Shown: positions 17,335 to 25,830 of the stretch, piece after piece
Layout: every line of letters begins with the position of its first letter
How positions within the stretch are numbered: position 1 is the stretch's first letter
Source: an uncultured Actinomycetota bacterium
Lineage (GTDB): Bacteria; Actinomycetota; Humimicrobiia; Humimicrobiales; Humimicrobiaceae
Assembly (NCBI GenBank): GCA_964518375.1
Contig: CAZFFH010000006.1
Location: 1-32,414, forward strand
Length of the DNA: 32,414 nucleotides
Direction: 5' to 3'
Notes under the pieces: model-generated
Told to the model about the DNA's origin: nothing
Database searches by the model: none
The model's input: only the letters and a program-made list of their open reading frames with translations
Position numbers and translations under genes: made by a program

Positions 17335-18693
17335 CTAGTCAATTGCCCAGATCTCTTCCTTTGAAGGAGCTTTATCTGTTATTGGATAACCAATCCTTGT
17401 CACATTCATCAGGTGCCTGTAAGTCAGGTTTTCAGAAAGCATATTATTTTCCCATGTCCCACAGCCAAGGGTCGTTGTGGGGGCAAAACCTATTGAAAAA
17501 CCTCCACCGGCAGTAAAATTACAAGTCTGGTTCACGATGATCCTTGATACATAAAGAGCATTCGCAAGCTGTCCAATGTGTTCCCTGTCGTTGGAATGGA
17601 TCACTGCCGAATGTCCCTTGCCATCCATTTCCAAATTTGACTTTGCAATCTCAATTGCTTCAGAAAAATCACCATATTTGTAAATCATTACGACAGGAGA
17701 TAACTTTTCCACCCTTAGTTTTTCAGGTTGTTTCTCCAGATCGCCCCTAATTAGCAGGATCCTTATTTTTTCCGGAACTGCTATCTGGGCATTTACAGTG
17801 ACTTCGTATGCTGATTTTCCAATTAGCTCTTTTCTGAGTATTTCACCATCAAAAAGTGCATCACTTACCCTTATGATATCTTCATCTTTATCTATATATG
17901 CAGCTCCATTTTTAATAAAAGCTGCAACTATATCGTTATACATTTCTTCAGGGACTATAACAGACTGTTCAGATGCACAGGGTATTCCATGATTAAATGA
18001 CCTGCCTGCTATTATCTTTTTTGTAGCATCATCAATGTCTACATCCCTATCAATTATTGCCTGAACATTGCCTGGTCCAACACCATAAGCAGGTTTTCCG
18101 CTGGAATATGCTGCTTTTACCATACCCATTCCACCGGTTGCAACGATAACATGTGCTGCACGCATCAACTCCTGTGTAGATTCCTTTGTTGGTTCTTTTA
18201 TGACCTGAATCAGATTCAGAGGAACATCATATTTTGCAATTGCGTTCTGGACAAGCTCAGAAGTCCTTGCTACTGTTTTTTTTGCCCCGGGATGTGGGGC
18301 ATGTATTACAGAATTTCCACATTTTAAAGCAAACATTGAGTTTGCCATAAAGTTTGTAACGGGAATCGTCACCGGCAATATTACCCCGACTACACCAACT
18401 GGTTTTGCAATCTCTACTATATTAAGATCCTTATCAATATTTATAATACCTGTAGACTTTTTACCTTTAAGGCCGTACCATATGATTTCTGATTTTCGCC
18501 TATCCTGAATCAGATTATCTTCATAATTGCCAAGACCGGTCTCATCTACTGTAATTCTTGCAAGTTCTTCAGCATTATCATAAACAGTTCTTGCTATTTC
18601 CCTTATAACCGTATCTATCTTTTTCTGACCTGTTTTTTCCCATATGCTAAGCGCGACAAGGGCTTTTTTGATCATTCCTGATACTGTTTCCAT
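17335..18693 (-). CDS. CoA-acylating aldehyde dehydrogenase, SucD / SauS / AdhE-N-terminal type
   Basis: 452-aa ORF with the active-site block GIPCASEQS, plus ATGGMGMVKAAYSSGKPAYGVGPGN and TTTLGCGTWENN..SENLTYRHLMNVTRIGY. By recollection it resembles succinate-semialdehyde dehydrogenase (acylating) from end to end. Confidence 0.75.
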   Translation of the reverse strand: METVSGMIKKALVALSIWEKTGQKKIDTVIREIARTVYDNAEELARITVDETGLGNYEDNLIQDRRKSEIIWYGLKGKKSTGIINIDKDLNIVEIAKPVGVVGVILPVTIPVTNFMANSMFALKCGNSVIHAPHPGAKKTVARTSELVQNAIAKYDVPLNLIQVIKEPTKESTQELMRAAHVIVATGGMGMVKAAYSSGKPAYGVGPGNVQAIIDRDVDIDDATKKIIAGRSFNHGIPCASEQSVIVPEEMYNDIVAAFIKNGAAYIDKDEDIIRVSDALFDGEILRKELIGKSAYEVTVNAQIAVPEKIRILLIRGDLEKQPEKLRVEKLSPVVMIYKYGDFSEAIEIAKSNLEMDGKGHSAVIHSNDREHIGQLANALYVSRIIVNQTCNFTAGGGFSIGFAPTTTLGCGTWENNMLSENLTYRHLMNVTRIGYPITDKAPSKEEIWAID

Positions 18694-18731
18694 AATAAAA
18701 CTTTCAAATCGTTTATATTCTTATTTCAATT

Positions 18732-19610
18732 CTAAATAATTTTCATATTTATATTATCAATATATTCTTTTATTTTAAGGGCCAATTTAAGATGCGGAGG
18801 GTCGTACATCACCCCATTAATACTAACAGCACCCTCTTTTTCAATTCTTTGCCTGTTTTCAAGCAGCCGGTTCATTTTCTCAAACTCAACCTTTGACGGT
18901 AAAAATCCGCAATTTATTATTTCTATCTGTGAAGGGTGTATAGCAAGCTTTCCGTTGAAGCCCATGTGAGCTATTTTTGAAACCTGTTTTTCCAGGCCAA
19001 CGCTGTCTTTAAATTCCTTGTAAATAGTATCTATTGCCAGGCAATCATATGCTTTTGAAAATAATAGAATCTGAAATCTTATATAATCTAGCATTGCTTC
19101 TGAGATTTCGGAAAAAACCATGATATCCCTTGAAAAATCCTCCCATCCAATTGTTAATGCCATGATTCTGCTGGTATTTTCTTTTAGTTGTTCGAATTTA
19201 TTAAGTTCGATTATACCCCTGGCGCTTTCGATCATCAGAATTATTTTTATGCTTCCTGCATTTATCCCAGCTTTATTCTCTTCAGATTCAACAAAATTTA
19301 TTACTTCTTTCAATTTTAAAATATTTTCAAATTTCGGGATCACAAAGCCAGCTACTTTTTCACAAATTGTCTCTTTTATATCATTTTTATATAATTGTGA
19401 ATCCAAATCATTGGTCCTTACGAATATTTTTTTACTTATAGTAAGGTTTTTTAGACTTCTTGAAATGTTTTGTCTTGCATGCTCTTTCTGGTTTGCCGGT
19501 ATGCTGTCTTCAAGATCAAGAATAAAACCATCAGGCTTGAGCATATTTATCTTATCAAGCATTTTAATACTTACAGATGGTATGAATAACAGAGACCTTA
19601 ATATTTCCAT
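18732..19610 (-). CDS. CitE / HpcH-HpaI family acyl-CoA lyase (citryl-, malyl- or citramalyl-CoA lyase-like)
   Basis: 292-aa ORF with RSLLFIPS, FILDLEDS, LMIESARG, GWEDFSRD and AIHPSQI, the signature blocks of citrate lyase beta-like enzymes. Confidence 0.75.
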   Translation of the reverse strand: MEILRSLLFIPSVSIKMLDKINMLKPDGFILDLEDSIPANQKEHARQNISRSLKNLTISKKIFVRTNDLDSQLYKNDIKETICEKVAGFVIPKFENILKLKEVINFVESEENKAGINAGSIKIILMIESARGIIELNKFEQLKENTSRIMALTIGWEDFSRDIMVFSEISEAMLDYIRFQILLFSKAYDCLAIDTIYKEFKDSVGLEKQVSKIAHMGFNGKLAIHPSQIEIINCGFLPSKVEFEKMNRLLENRQRIEKEGAVSINGVMYDPPHLKLALKIKEYIDNINMKII

Positions 19611-19653
19611 AGCAGAAAATGAATCAAATTATAAAATCATTTTTACATTCAAT

Positions 19654-19669
19654 AGTATAACGTTAAACT
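19654..19669. promoter_or_regulatory. Candidate LacI-type operator AGTATAAC-GTTAAACT (CG-centred 16-bp palindrome, one mismatch pair)
   Basis: It contains the perfect core TAACGTTA. It starts 7 nt downstream of the -10 box and lies 44 nt upstream of the CitE-like ATG. The LacI gene (19830-20876) is immediately upstream. Confidence 0.5.
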
Positions 19670-19676
19670 ATTTAAT

Positions 19677-19705
19677 ATCATAATAAATATCTTTTCATAT
19701 GTCAA
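19677..19705 (-). promoter_or_regulatory. Sigma-70 promoter TTGACA-N17-TATGAT for the CitE-ALDH-hydrolase unit
   Basis: The minus strand reads TTGACAtatgaaaagatatttatTATGAT, with the -35 at 19700-19705 and the -10 at 19677-19682. Confidence 0.55.
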
Positions 19706-19829
19706 TATTTTTCATGATATTTCATTATATTTTAGATGAAATCTTTTATTCTTCATTATATTTTTTAGTGTACCTTATAATCTTAGTATGCCAATAATTT
19801 CATATTAATTCTTAAAGATTTTAGGAATA

Positions 19830-20876
19830 TCAACATATGCTTTTTTTGCCAGGTGCAGTTGATTCCCTTATTATTATTTCAGGGGTCAATACCTTATTAA
19901 TTGTAATGTTTATATCTTTGCCCTCAATTTTTTTTATAAGTTCTCCTGTAGCTATTGCAACCATTTCCTTAATTGGCTGTCTCACCGTAGTTAAATTTAC
20001 AAAATCCATTGAACTGAACCCGATGTCATCAAAGCCTGCAATAGAAACGTCCTCAGGAATTTTCAAGTTCTTCTTGTAACAAAAATCTATGACACCGTAG
20101 GCTGCAAAATCGTTTGAACAGAAAATTGCAGAAGGTTTATTTTTGAGTAAAAAAAGTTTTTTTGCTCCTTCTTTTCCACTTTCGGGATTGAACTCTTTTT
20201 CTATGATTATATTTTCTTCCCTTATGTCAATACCGCTATCACTTAATGCAGCTTTATAACCTTTTAACCTGTTTTGAGTAACAAGAGTGTCAAGCGGGCC
20301 TGAAATATATCCTATATTCCTATGTCCCTGATCCATCAGATATCTAATTAATAAATAAGCACCCATGTAGTTATCGACTGTTACAAAATTGATATCCATA
20401 TCAGAATGGTCGGGATACCTTCCAATAAAAATAATAGGTATGTTAATATCCTGAAGGTAACTAAGACACACCCTGCTTAATTTATCTGAGGTACTTAGAA
20501 TACCATCTACTCTGTCTTCCAATAAAGAATCAATATATTTATCGCCGGTTTCCTCACCAATACTCATATCTACAAACAATGTTCTGTAATTAAGATTTTT
20601 TTGGTATATATATTCTTCTATGCCACTTAAGATTTCTGTCTGGTAAGGATTTTTTATATCAAACACTATCAGACCAATTTTGTTTGTTTTTTTAGAAACC
20701 AGGCTTCTTGCTACAAGATTTGGCTTATAGTTAAGCTGTAAAATTGATTGTTCGATTTTCTTTCTGGTATTTTTACTGACATAAGGCTTCTTGCAAAGAT
20801 ATTTTGAAACACAACCTGCCGATATCCCTGCTAACCTTGCAACATCTTTTATGCTTGGAGATTTCTTAACTCTCAT
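19830..20876 (-). CDS. LacI-family transcriptional regulator
   Basis: HTH SIKDVARLAGISAGCVSKYL, followed by a sugar-binding effector domain. 348 aa. Confidence 0.88.
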   Translation of the reverse strand: MRVKKSPSIKDVARLAGISAGCVSKYLCKKPYVSKNTRKKIEQSILQLNYKPNLVARSLVSKKTNKIGLIVFDIKNPYQTEILSGIEEYIYQKNLNYRTLFVDMSIGEETGDKYIDSLLEDRVDGILSTSDKLSRVCLSYLQDINIPIIFIGRYPDHSDMDINFVTVDNYMGAYLLIRYLMDQGHRNIGYISGPLDTLVTQNRLKGYKAALSDSGIDIREENIIIEKEFNPESGKEGAKKLFLLKNKPSAIFCSNDFAAYGVIDFCYKKNLKIPEDVSIAGFDDIGFSSMDFVNLTTVRQPIKEMVAIATGELIKKIEGKDINITINKVLTPEIIIRESTAPGKKSIC

Positions 20877-20987
20877 TTAGATCAAACCTCAGCAGTAATA
20901 GAATATAACAAATCAAAACATTAGGGGTGACAAAGATAGTCACTGAAAAATGAACAAAACCTAAAAGCAACTTAAACAAATCCTGAT

Positions 20988-21905
20988 TTATGGTATTTTT
21001 GTTTTTTCTACCAAACTAATCAAATTATCATCTATGGATTGCTCTTCTTCTTCAAGAACGGCATCAAAAAGATACCAGTTTTCTTTATAATCCATGTATT
21101 TGCCTGGTTCTATTTTAGCCAAAGGTCCGAGAGTTTCAACCTCAAATATATCTGCGTCTGTATAAATTTCAGTATTAACACCAAAATCTGTATATTCAGC
21201 TTCAGGTTCGTAATTATAACGTTTAATAAAAATCTGGTCATTTAGAATATATGCGGCCCAGCCAAGGGTATTAAGTATACCAAGTTTCTGCCTGGTGGTA
21301 GACTTGTGATCCTGCCTTAGTTGAATATATTTTCTTCCCCAGATCCATCTGGGATCATCCATCGTTGTATAACCCCACAAGACCAGCGGTCTTACAGGTG
21401 CCAATCTCTCCTCCCATGTTTGAAAAGGCTCGTGCGGAATTATACCCCTGCCCCCAAGATTCATTATACTCAAAATCCAGGGTGCAAGCTTGATGTCCCA
21501 CAGTGTCCTGTTATGAATCCTGTATGATATTTTCACAGAACCATTTTCACTTGCAAATTTTATCATTACTTCTTTCTGTATTCCTGTTGTAGATTCTTTT
21601 TCCTGCAAAAGAGATAGGGTTTTACCGTCCCAGGAATAATTAAGAGGGTTATTGTCTGGAAAATAACACCTGGGATTGGCCTCGGGGCCATGCCAGAATC
21701 TAGTACCACCATACAACCGGTACTCTTCTCCACCTTTTTTCCCAAGTTGGTCTTTAAACTCTCTGAACATGTTCTGTCCACCAATTTTACCAAATCTAAT
21801 TATTCTTGGTCCGATATCAGTAGTAATAATAAGTTCAACTTCCTCATTTGACAATCTTATGCAACCCGGCCAGCCCCCATAACTATATTTTTCCTCAAAT
21901 TTCAT
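20988..21905 (-). CDS. Hypothetical protein, possibly a beta-sandwich mutarotase-like carbohydrate-binding fold
   Basis: 305-aa ORF with a strong SD (AAGGAGG). It is rich in W/Y/G and has no motif I can assign with certainty. The fold guess comes from composition and from blocks such as YGGTRFWHGPE. Confidence 0.3.
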   Translation of the reverse strand: MKFEEKYSYGGWPGCIRLSNEEVELIITTDIGPRIIRFGKIGGQNMFREFKDQLGKKGGEEYRLYGGTRFWHGPEANPRCYFPDNNPLNYSWDGKTLSLLQEKESTTGIQKEVMIKFASENGSVKISYRIHNRTLWDIKLAPWILSIMNLGGRGIIPHEPFQTWEERLAPVRPLVLWGYTTMDDPRWIWGRKYIQLRQDHKSTTRQKLGILNTLGWAAYILNDQIFIKRYNYEPEAEYTDFGVNTEIYTDADIFEVETLGPLAKIEPGKYMDYKENWYLFDAVLEEEEQSIDDNLISLVEKTKIP

Positions 21906-22064
21906 TTTAATCCTCCTTTTGTAATTCCGTAATTAATTTCTGGGAAATAATCCAATTTATAATACAAGAAATCCATCAAATTTTTCCATTTATATGCATT
22001 GGACTTAATATAGCATATATCCTTAAAATAATTATAAAATTTGCCTATTTTTTAACAATACAAA

Positions 22065-24116
22065 TTATATTAATAATTCTTTTTTTATCCTATTAATGAT
22101 CTTATCTACAGATGGTACGCATTCCTTTTCAAGTGCAGAACTCATGGGTACAGGGACATCTTCAGATGTTATTCTAAAAACAGGTGCATCAAGCCAGTCA
22201 AAGACATTTTCGTTTATCAGCATCGCTATCTCGCTGGCAAAATTCAAGGTCTTATAAGCCTCAGAGACTATAACAGCTTTTCCGGTTTTTTTAACAGAAT
22301 TATATATCGTTTCCGTGTCCAATGGTTTTAAGGATCTCATATCTATTACTTCAGTGTCTATTCCCTCTTCTTTTAATATTCTTGAAGCCTCAAGACAATA
22401 GAGAACCATCCTTGAATAAGTTATTATAGTCAGATCTTTACCTTCTCTTTTAATATCTGCTACCCCCAGTGGTATATAGTATTCCTCCTGCGGGACCACA
22501 CCTTTTGTAGAATAAAGCATTTTATGCTCAATAAACATTATGGGATTATTATCTCTTATAGCTGTTTTTAAAAGTCCTTTTGCATCATAAGGTGTAGCAG
22601 GCATAACGACAAATATCCCGGGATAGTGCAAAAACATAGATTCAAGCGATTGAGAGTGGTGAGCAGCTATACTTCTCCCTGTTCCGCCTTCGCTTCTCAT
22701 GACCATTGGGACCGAAGTTTTACCACCAAACATATATCTATTTTTTGCTGCATGGTTTACAAGCTGGTCCATTGCAAGTGTTGAAAAATCAATATACATG
22801 ATCTCACCTATGGGCCTGCTCCCTGTCATAGAAGCACCTATGCACGCCCCCGCAATAGCTGCCTCTGATATGGGCGTGTCTATAATCCTATCCGGAAATT
22901 TTTCATATAATCCTTTAGTAACCCTGTAAGCACCACCATAAACCCCCACGTCTTCACCTATGCAGAAAACATTCTTATCTTTTTCCATTTCCTCGTTAAT
23001 AGCTTCATTTAATGCTTCCCAGTAAAAGATTTCCCTTATAATCTCCTTGTCCTTTACCCTTGAACAAAGTTCTTTTTCTTTTTGAATATCTGAAATATCC
23101 AGGTTAAGATCCGTATAAACATCTGAAAATAATTCCTCTTTTTCAGGATAAGGACTTTTGTTTAAAGCAAAATCCGTGGCAAGATCTATTTTTTTATTTA
23201 CTTCTTTCTGTAGCAATTCAAAGTCATCTTCACTGATGATATCTCCTTTAACAAGGTATGATTTGAACTTGAGTATTGGATCCCTATCTCTCCATAGCTT
23301 CTCTTCCTCTTTTGTCCTGTAAATCTTCGGGTCATTAATAGAGTGGCCAAAATACCTGTAAGTCAATGCTTCAATAAAAACAGGGCCTTTGCCATCTCTG
23401 CAATCCTTGACTGCCTGATTTATATTTTCTATAACTGATAGGATGTCCATTCCTTCAATGCTGGTAGTCTCTATACCAAAAGCTTTTGCCTTTTCAAATG
23501 CTGACAGCCTGGAAGCCTTTTTATATGGAACACTCATGCCATATAAATTGTTTTCGCATATAAACACAATAGGCAAATTATATATAGAGGCCATATTTAT
23601 AGATTCATAAAAAGATCCGGTATTTGAAGCACCATCGCCAAAAAAACAAAGCACCACTTTATCTTCGTTTTTAAGTTTAATTGATAATCCTGCTCCTGTT
23701 GCGACAGGTACATGCCCTCCGACTATTCCTGTAGCACCAAGATTGCCTTTGGCAACATCAGCAATATGCATGGAACCACCCTTGCCTTTGCAATACCCGG
23801 TTACTCGACCGCAAAGCTCTGCCATCATTTTGTTTAAATGGTCCTGTTTTTCCGTAGCAGTCTTTGCTAAACTATCGCCATGCGCGTGACAATGCCCATG
23901 TCCTCTATGAGTAGAGGTAATATAATCTTTTCCTGTTATACAGTACATTGCACCCACTGCTACTGCTTCCTGTCCTGCATAAAGATGTGATGCGCCTTTA
24001 ATTATATCCTTCTGTAAAAGCTCGGATACCCTATTTTCAAAAGCTCTTATTTCCATCATTTGCTGTAATAATACCGTACAGTCATTTTTGCTTATATTTT
24101 TTATTTCTTTTGCCAT
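22065..24116 (-). CDS. Fused E1 alpha-beta component of a 2-oxoacid / acetoin dehydrogenase-type thiamine-diphosphate enzyme
   Basis: 683-aa ORF. The alpha half has the TPP motif GDGASNTG...ICENNLYGMS and YRYFGHSINDP. The beta half (from about residue 365) has GEDVGVYGGAYRVTKGL, IDTPISEAAIAG and RSEGGTGRSIAAHHSQS. SD AAGGAG upstream. Confidence 0.85.
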   Translation of the reverse strand: MAKEIKNISKNDCTVLLQQMMEIRAFENRVSELLQKDIIKGASHLYAGQEAVAVGAMYCITGKDYITSTHRGHGHCHAHGDSLAKTATEKQDHLNKMMAELCGRVTGYCKGKGGSMHIADVAKGNLGATGIVGGHVPVATGAGLSIKLKNEDKVVLCFFGDGASNTGSFYESINMASIYNLPIVFICENNLYGMSVPYKKASRLSAFEKAKAFGIETTSIEGMDILSVIENINQAVKDCRDGKGPVFIEALTYRYFGHSINDPKIYRTKEEEKLWRDRDPILKFKSYLVKGDIISEDDFELLQKEVNKKIDLATDFALNKSPYPEKEELFSDVYTDLNLDISDIQKEKELCSRVKDKEIIREIFYWEALNEAINEEMEKDKNVFCIGEDVGVYGGAYRVTKGLYEKFPDRIIDTPISEAAIAGACIGASMTGSRPIGEIMYIDFSTLAMDQLVNHAAKNRYMFGGKTSVPMVMRSEGGTGRSIAAHHSQSLESMFLHYPGIFVVMPATPYDAKGLLKTAIRDNNPIMFIEHKMLYSTKGVVPQEEYYIPLGVADIKREGKDLTIITYSRMVLYCLEASRILKEEGIDTEVIDMRSLKPLDTETIYNSVKKTGKAVIVSEAYKTLNFASEIAMLINENVFDWLDAPVFRITSEDVPVPMSSALEKECVPSVDKIINRIKKELLI

Positions 24117-24128
24117 ACAATTCTCCTT

Positions 24129-25679
24129 TTAGAAATCTTGAGATGTTTTCTCAAATATCATATTAAAAGTTTTATTAAGAGTATTTTTGAATATGTCTCT
24201 ATAAATATTAAAATAACTGTCATATACGTTCCTGTTACTAATATCTGGTTTAAATATTTTGCTTCTGTCGACTATATCTATATTTGAAGCAACCTTGGCC
24301 ATATCACCGATTACGCCTGAACCAAAACCGGCCAATATGCCACTGCCCCTTATATTGGATTCAAAACTTTCCGACTTTAAATATACCAGACCTGTGATGT
24401 CTGCCTTTATCTGATTCCAAACATCACTTTTTGCACCGCCACCACTGATGGCTATCTCTGAAAAAGAATAATTTGGAAACAATCTTTTTATATTATCAAT
24501 TCCTGCCCTGGCGTCATAACCAATAGACTCGAGAATAGACTTATATAGATGTTCAAGCTTATGGCCCCAATTTAAACCTATCCACGAACCCCTGATTTTA
24601 TTGTCATACGGGCACTGTCTGCCGCCAAAATAAGGGATAAAGATAAGCCCCTCAGAACCGGCAGGTATTTTATCAAGATTTTTTTCTATTGCCTGTAAAA
24701 TGTTACCTTTTTCTATTCCACCTTTTTCAAAACACTCTTTTAGGAAATTATCCCTGAACCATCTAAGGCATATCCCACCACCGTTGATATAATTAAAAGC
24801 ATAAAATGTATCAGCAATCACTGAGGGGATATACATGACTGAACCATTTTTATTATCCGGTACGATTCTGTCAACAGCAATAAATTGTAATGTCGAACTA
24901 CCTGATACTTCAAATAAAGTCCCCGGTTTTACAAGACCTGCTCCCAGAAGCCCTGCGGGTTGATCCCCGGCTCCTGCTATTATCAAAGTTCCTTCATTTA
25001 AACCGCTACCTTCTGCAGCAGCTTTTGTAAACCTTCCGATTATTTTCCATGGCTCTACGACCATAGGAAGTTTCCCTGAATCTATATCAAGGATTTTACA
25101 GAATTCTTTTGACCACTCCAGCTTTTTTATATCTTCAAGACCGAAAAAAGATAGTAAAGTATAATCGATAAAAGCATCGTCGCTTTTTAAACCGGCAAGG
25201 TTACCTGCAACAAAACTATTTAAAGTTACAAACTTCTTTACCTTTTTATATACAGAAGGGTATTCTTTTTTCCACCATAGTATTTTCGGGAGGTTTCTTG
25301 GTGAACCACAGGTTTTTGTCCTTAAAAATTTCTTATAATTATCATGCAAATAAGCATTATATTTCTCTGATCTGACATCAAGGCCCATGTCGTAACCGGT
25401 TATAGATCCATAATAAGCATCGATGCCTATTATTCCACCCATTTGCCCATCTATAGATATTGCTGTAACAAGGACCGGATTTATTTCTGTTTTTTCAAGG
25501 ATTTCTTTTATTATGCCAATAGTGCCCGCAACAAAATCCTGGGGATCCTGTTCCATTAAACCGGGCTTTCTGGAAATTAGCTTTGTTTCCCAGTAACTGC
25601 TGCCAATAATTCTTCCTGCTTCATCTATGATACCGGCTTTTATTCCATTGGTACCCAGATCTACACCAATAAAATACAT
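24129..25679 (-). CDS. FGGY-family carbohydrate kinase (xylulokinase/glycerol-kinase-like)
   Basis: 516-aa ORF with N-terminal MYFIGVDLGTNGIKAG and the C-terminal actin-fold block ISGGGAKSDVWNQIKADITG. Confidence 0.85.
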   Translation of the reverse strand: MYFIGVDLGTNGIKAGIIDEAGRIIGSSYWETKLISRKPGLMEQDPQDFVAGTIGIIKEILEKTEINPVLVTAISIDGQMGGIIGIDAYYGSITGYDMGLDVRSEKYNAYLHDNYKKFLRTKTCGSPRNLPKILWWKKEYPSVYKKVKKFVTLNSFVAGNLAGLKSDDAFIDYTLLSFFGLEDIKKLEWSKEFCKILDIDSGKLPMVVEPWKIIGRFTKAAAEGSGLNEGTLIIAGAGDQPAGLLGAGLVKPGTLFEVSGSSTLQFIAVDRIVPDNKNGSVMYIPSVIADTFYAFNYINGGGICLRWFRDNFLKECFEKGGIEKGNILQAIEKNLDKIPAGSEGLIFIPYFGGRQCPYDNKIRGSWIGLNWGHKLEHLYKSILESIGYDARAGIDNIKRLFPNYSFSEIAISGGGAKSDVWNQIKADITGLVYLKSESFESNIRGSGILAGFGSGVIGDMAKVASNIDIVDRSKIFKPDISNRNVYDSYFNIYRDIFKNTLNKTFNMIFEKTSQDF

Positions 25680-25704
25680 GTTTTTCCAATCAGTTTAAAA
25701 TCTT

Positions 25705-25722
25705 TTATAAAGGGCTTTATAA
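25705..25722. promoter_or_regulatory. Perfect 8-2-8 palindrome TTATAAAG-GG-CTTTATAA upstream of the FGGY kinase gene
   Basis: It lies 26 nt upstream of the ATG at 25679, within a 151-bp gap. The loop is too tight for a stable RNA hairpin, so a DNA-binding site is more plausible. It is AT-rich, so chance occurrence is possible. Confidence 0.25.
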
Positions 25723-25830
25723 TCTTAGATATCCTTAAATAATAAATGCCCATATAGTAGAAATATTTATTTGATTCTTGCTAGACGCTTTAATTTTCTT
25801 TTTAATCTAATAGGCTTTGACATTTAAATT

